NCBI RefSeq assembly: GCF_902713615.1
Contig: NC_052152.1
Location: forward strand, 166,406,712 to 166,470,711
Reading direction: 5' to 3'
DNA: 64,000 nucleotides
Origin: Scyliorhinus canicula
Lineage: Eukaryota
The translations under genes and the position numbers were made by a program. The notes beneath the pieces are model-generated. The model saw only the letters and a list, made by a program, of their open reading frames with translations, searched no databases and had not been told where the DNA came from. Shown in pieces: positions 63,729 to 64,000 of the stretch (positions are counted from its first letter, which is position 1; each line of letters begins with the position of its first letter).

Positions 63729-64000
63729 CAATTAGTTCATACAAGCACCTCTGAAGTACCTTGGGACATTTTTCTATATTTAAATGACACAAAAATCCCT
63801 GAAACCGATCAGTGTACAGCACCTATCGTCAGTCATATTTGACCGTTGCCTGTTTAATCTCCAAGGGGTTTGGGATGAGTTACTGGAAGTTTGAGGTGGA
63901 AATCCCCTACCTTGAACCTTGAACCTCAGTAAACAGAGCAAGCAATTGGGTATCTCCTCAACCTCAACCAATCAGATTGTGAAACAAACAGCACAAGGTC

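Noticed and set aside
55106-64000. ADA exon 5
   Set aside because: No match to GDLTPDEVV...ILCCMRH seen by eye; presumably lies beyond the window.

Overview
Repeat-dense vertebrate DNA, most likely a shark (inferred from HE1/V-type SINEs, CR1, L1, Tx1, Penelope, Gypsy and Harbinger elements); it is not prokaryotic. The only host gene I can support is adenosine deaminase (ADA) on the + strand. Coding exons 1-4 (17115-17162, 32730-32791, 39811-39933, 54962-55105) splice in frame, follow a GC-box promoter, and the gene continues beyond the window. Most other ORFs are decayed transposon fragments. Most notable observations: (1) a TSD-flanked copy of an unspliced, intron-containing tRNA-Arg(UCG) inside a SINE; (2) a Mutator-like element in ADA intron 1 that carries an exact 100-bp copy of its own downstream flank, nested in CR1 inside a Gmr1-type Gypsy; (3) a near full-length Tx1 LINE splitting an HE1 SINE; (4) Penelope-derived minimal hammerhead motifs; (5) a candidate in-frame upstream ADA first exon and a candidate recursive splice site. 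There are two N-gaps (31123-31289, 32902-33088). I see no clear new multi-gene system. Repeat family names come from motif recognition, not database searches, and boundaries without a TSD are approximate.
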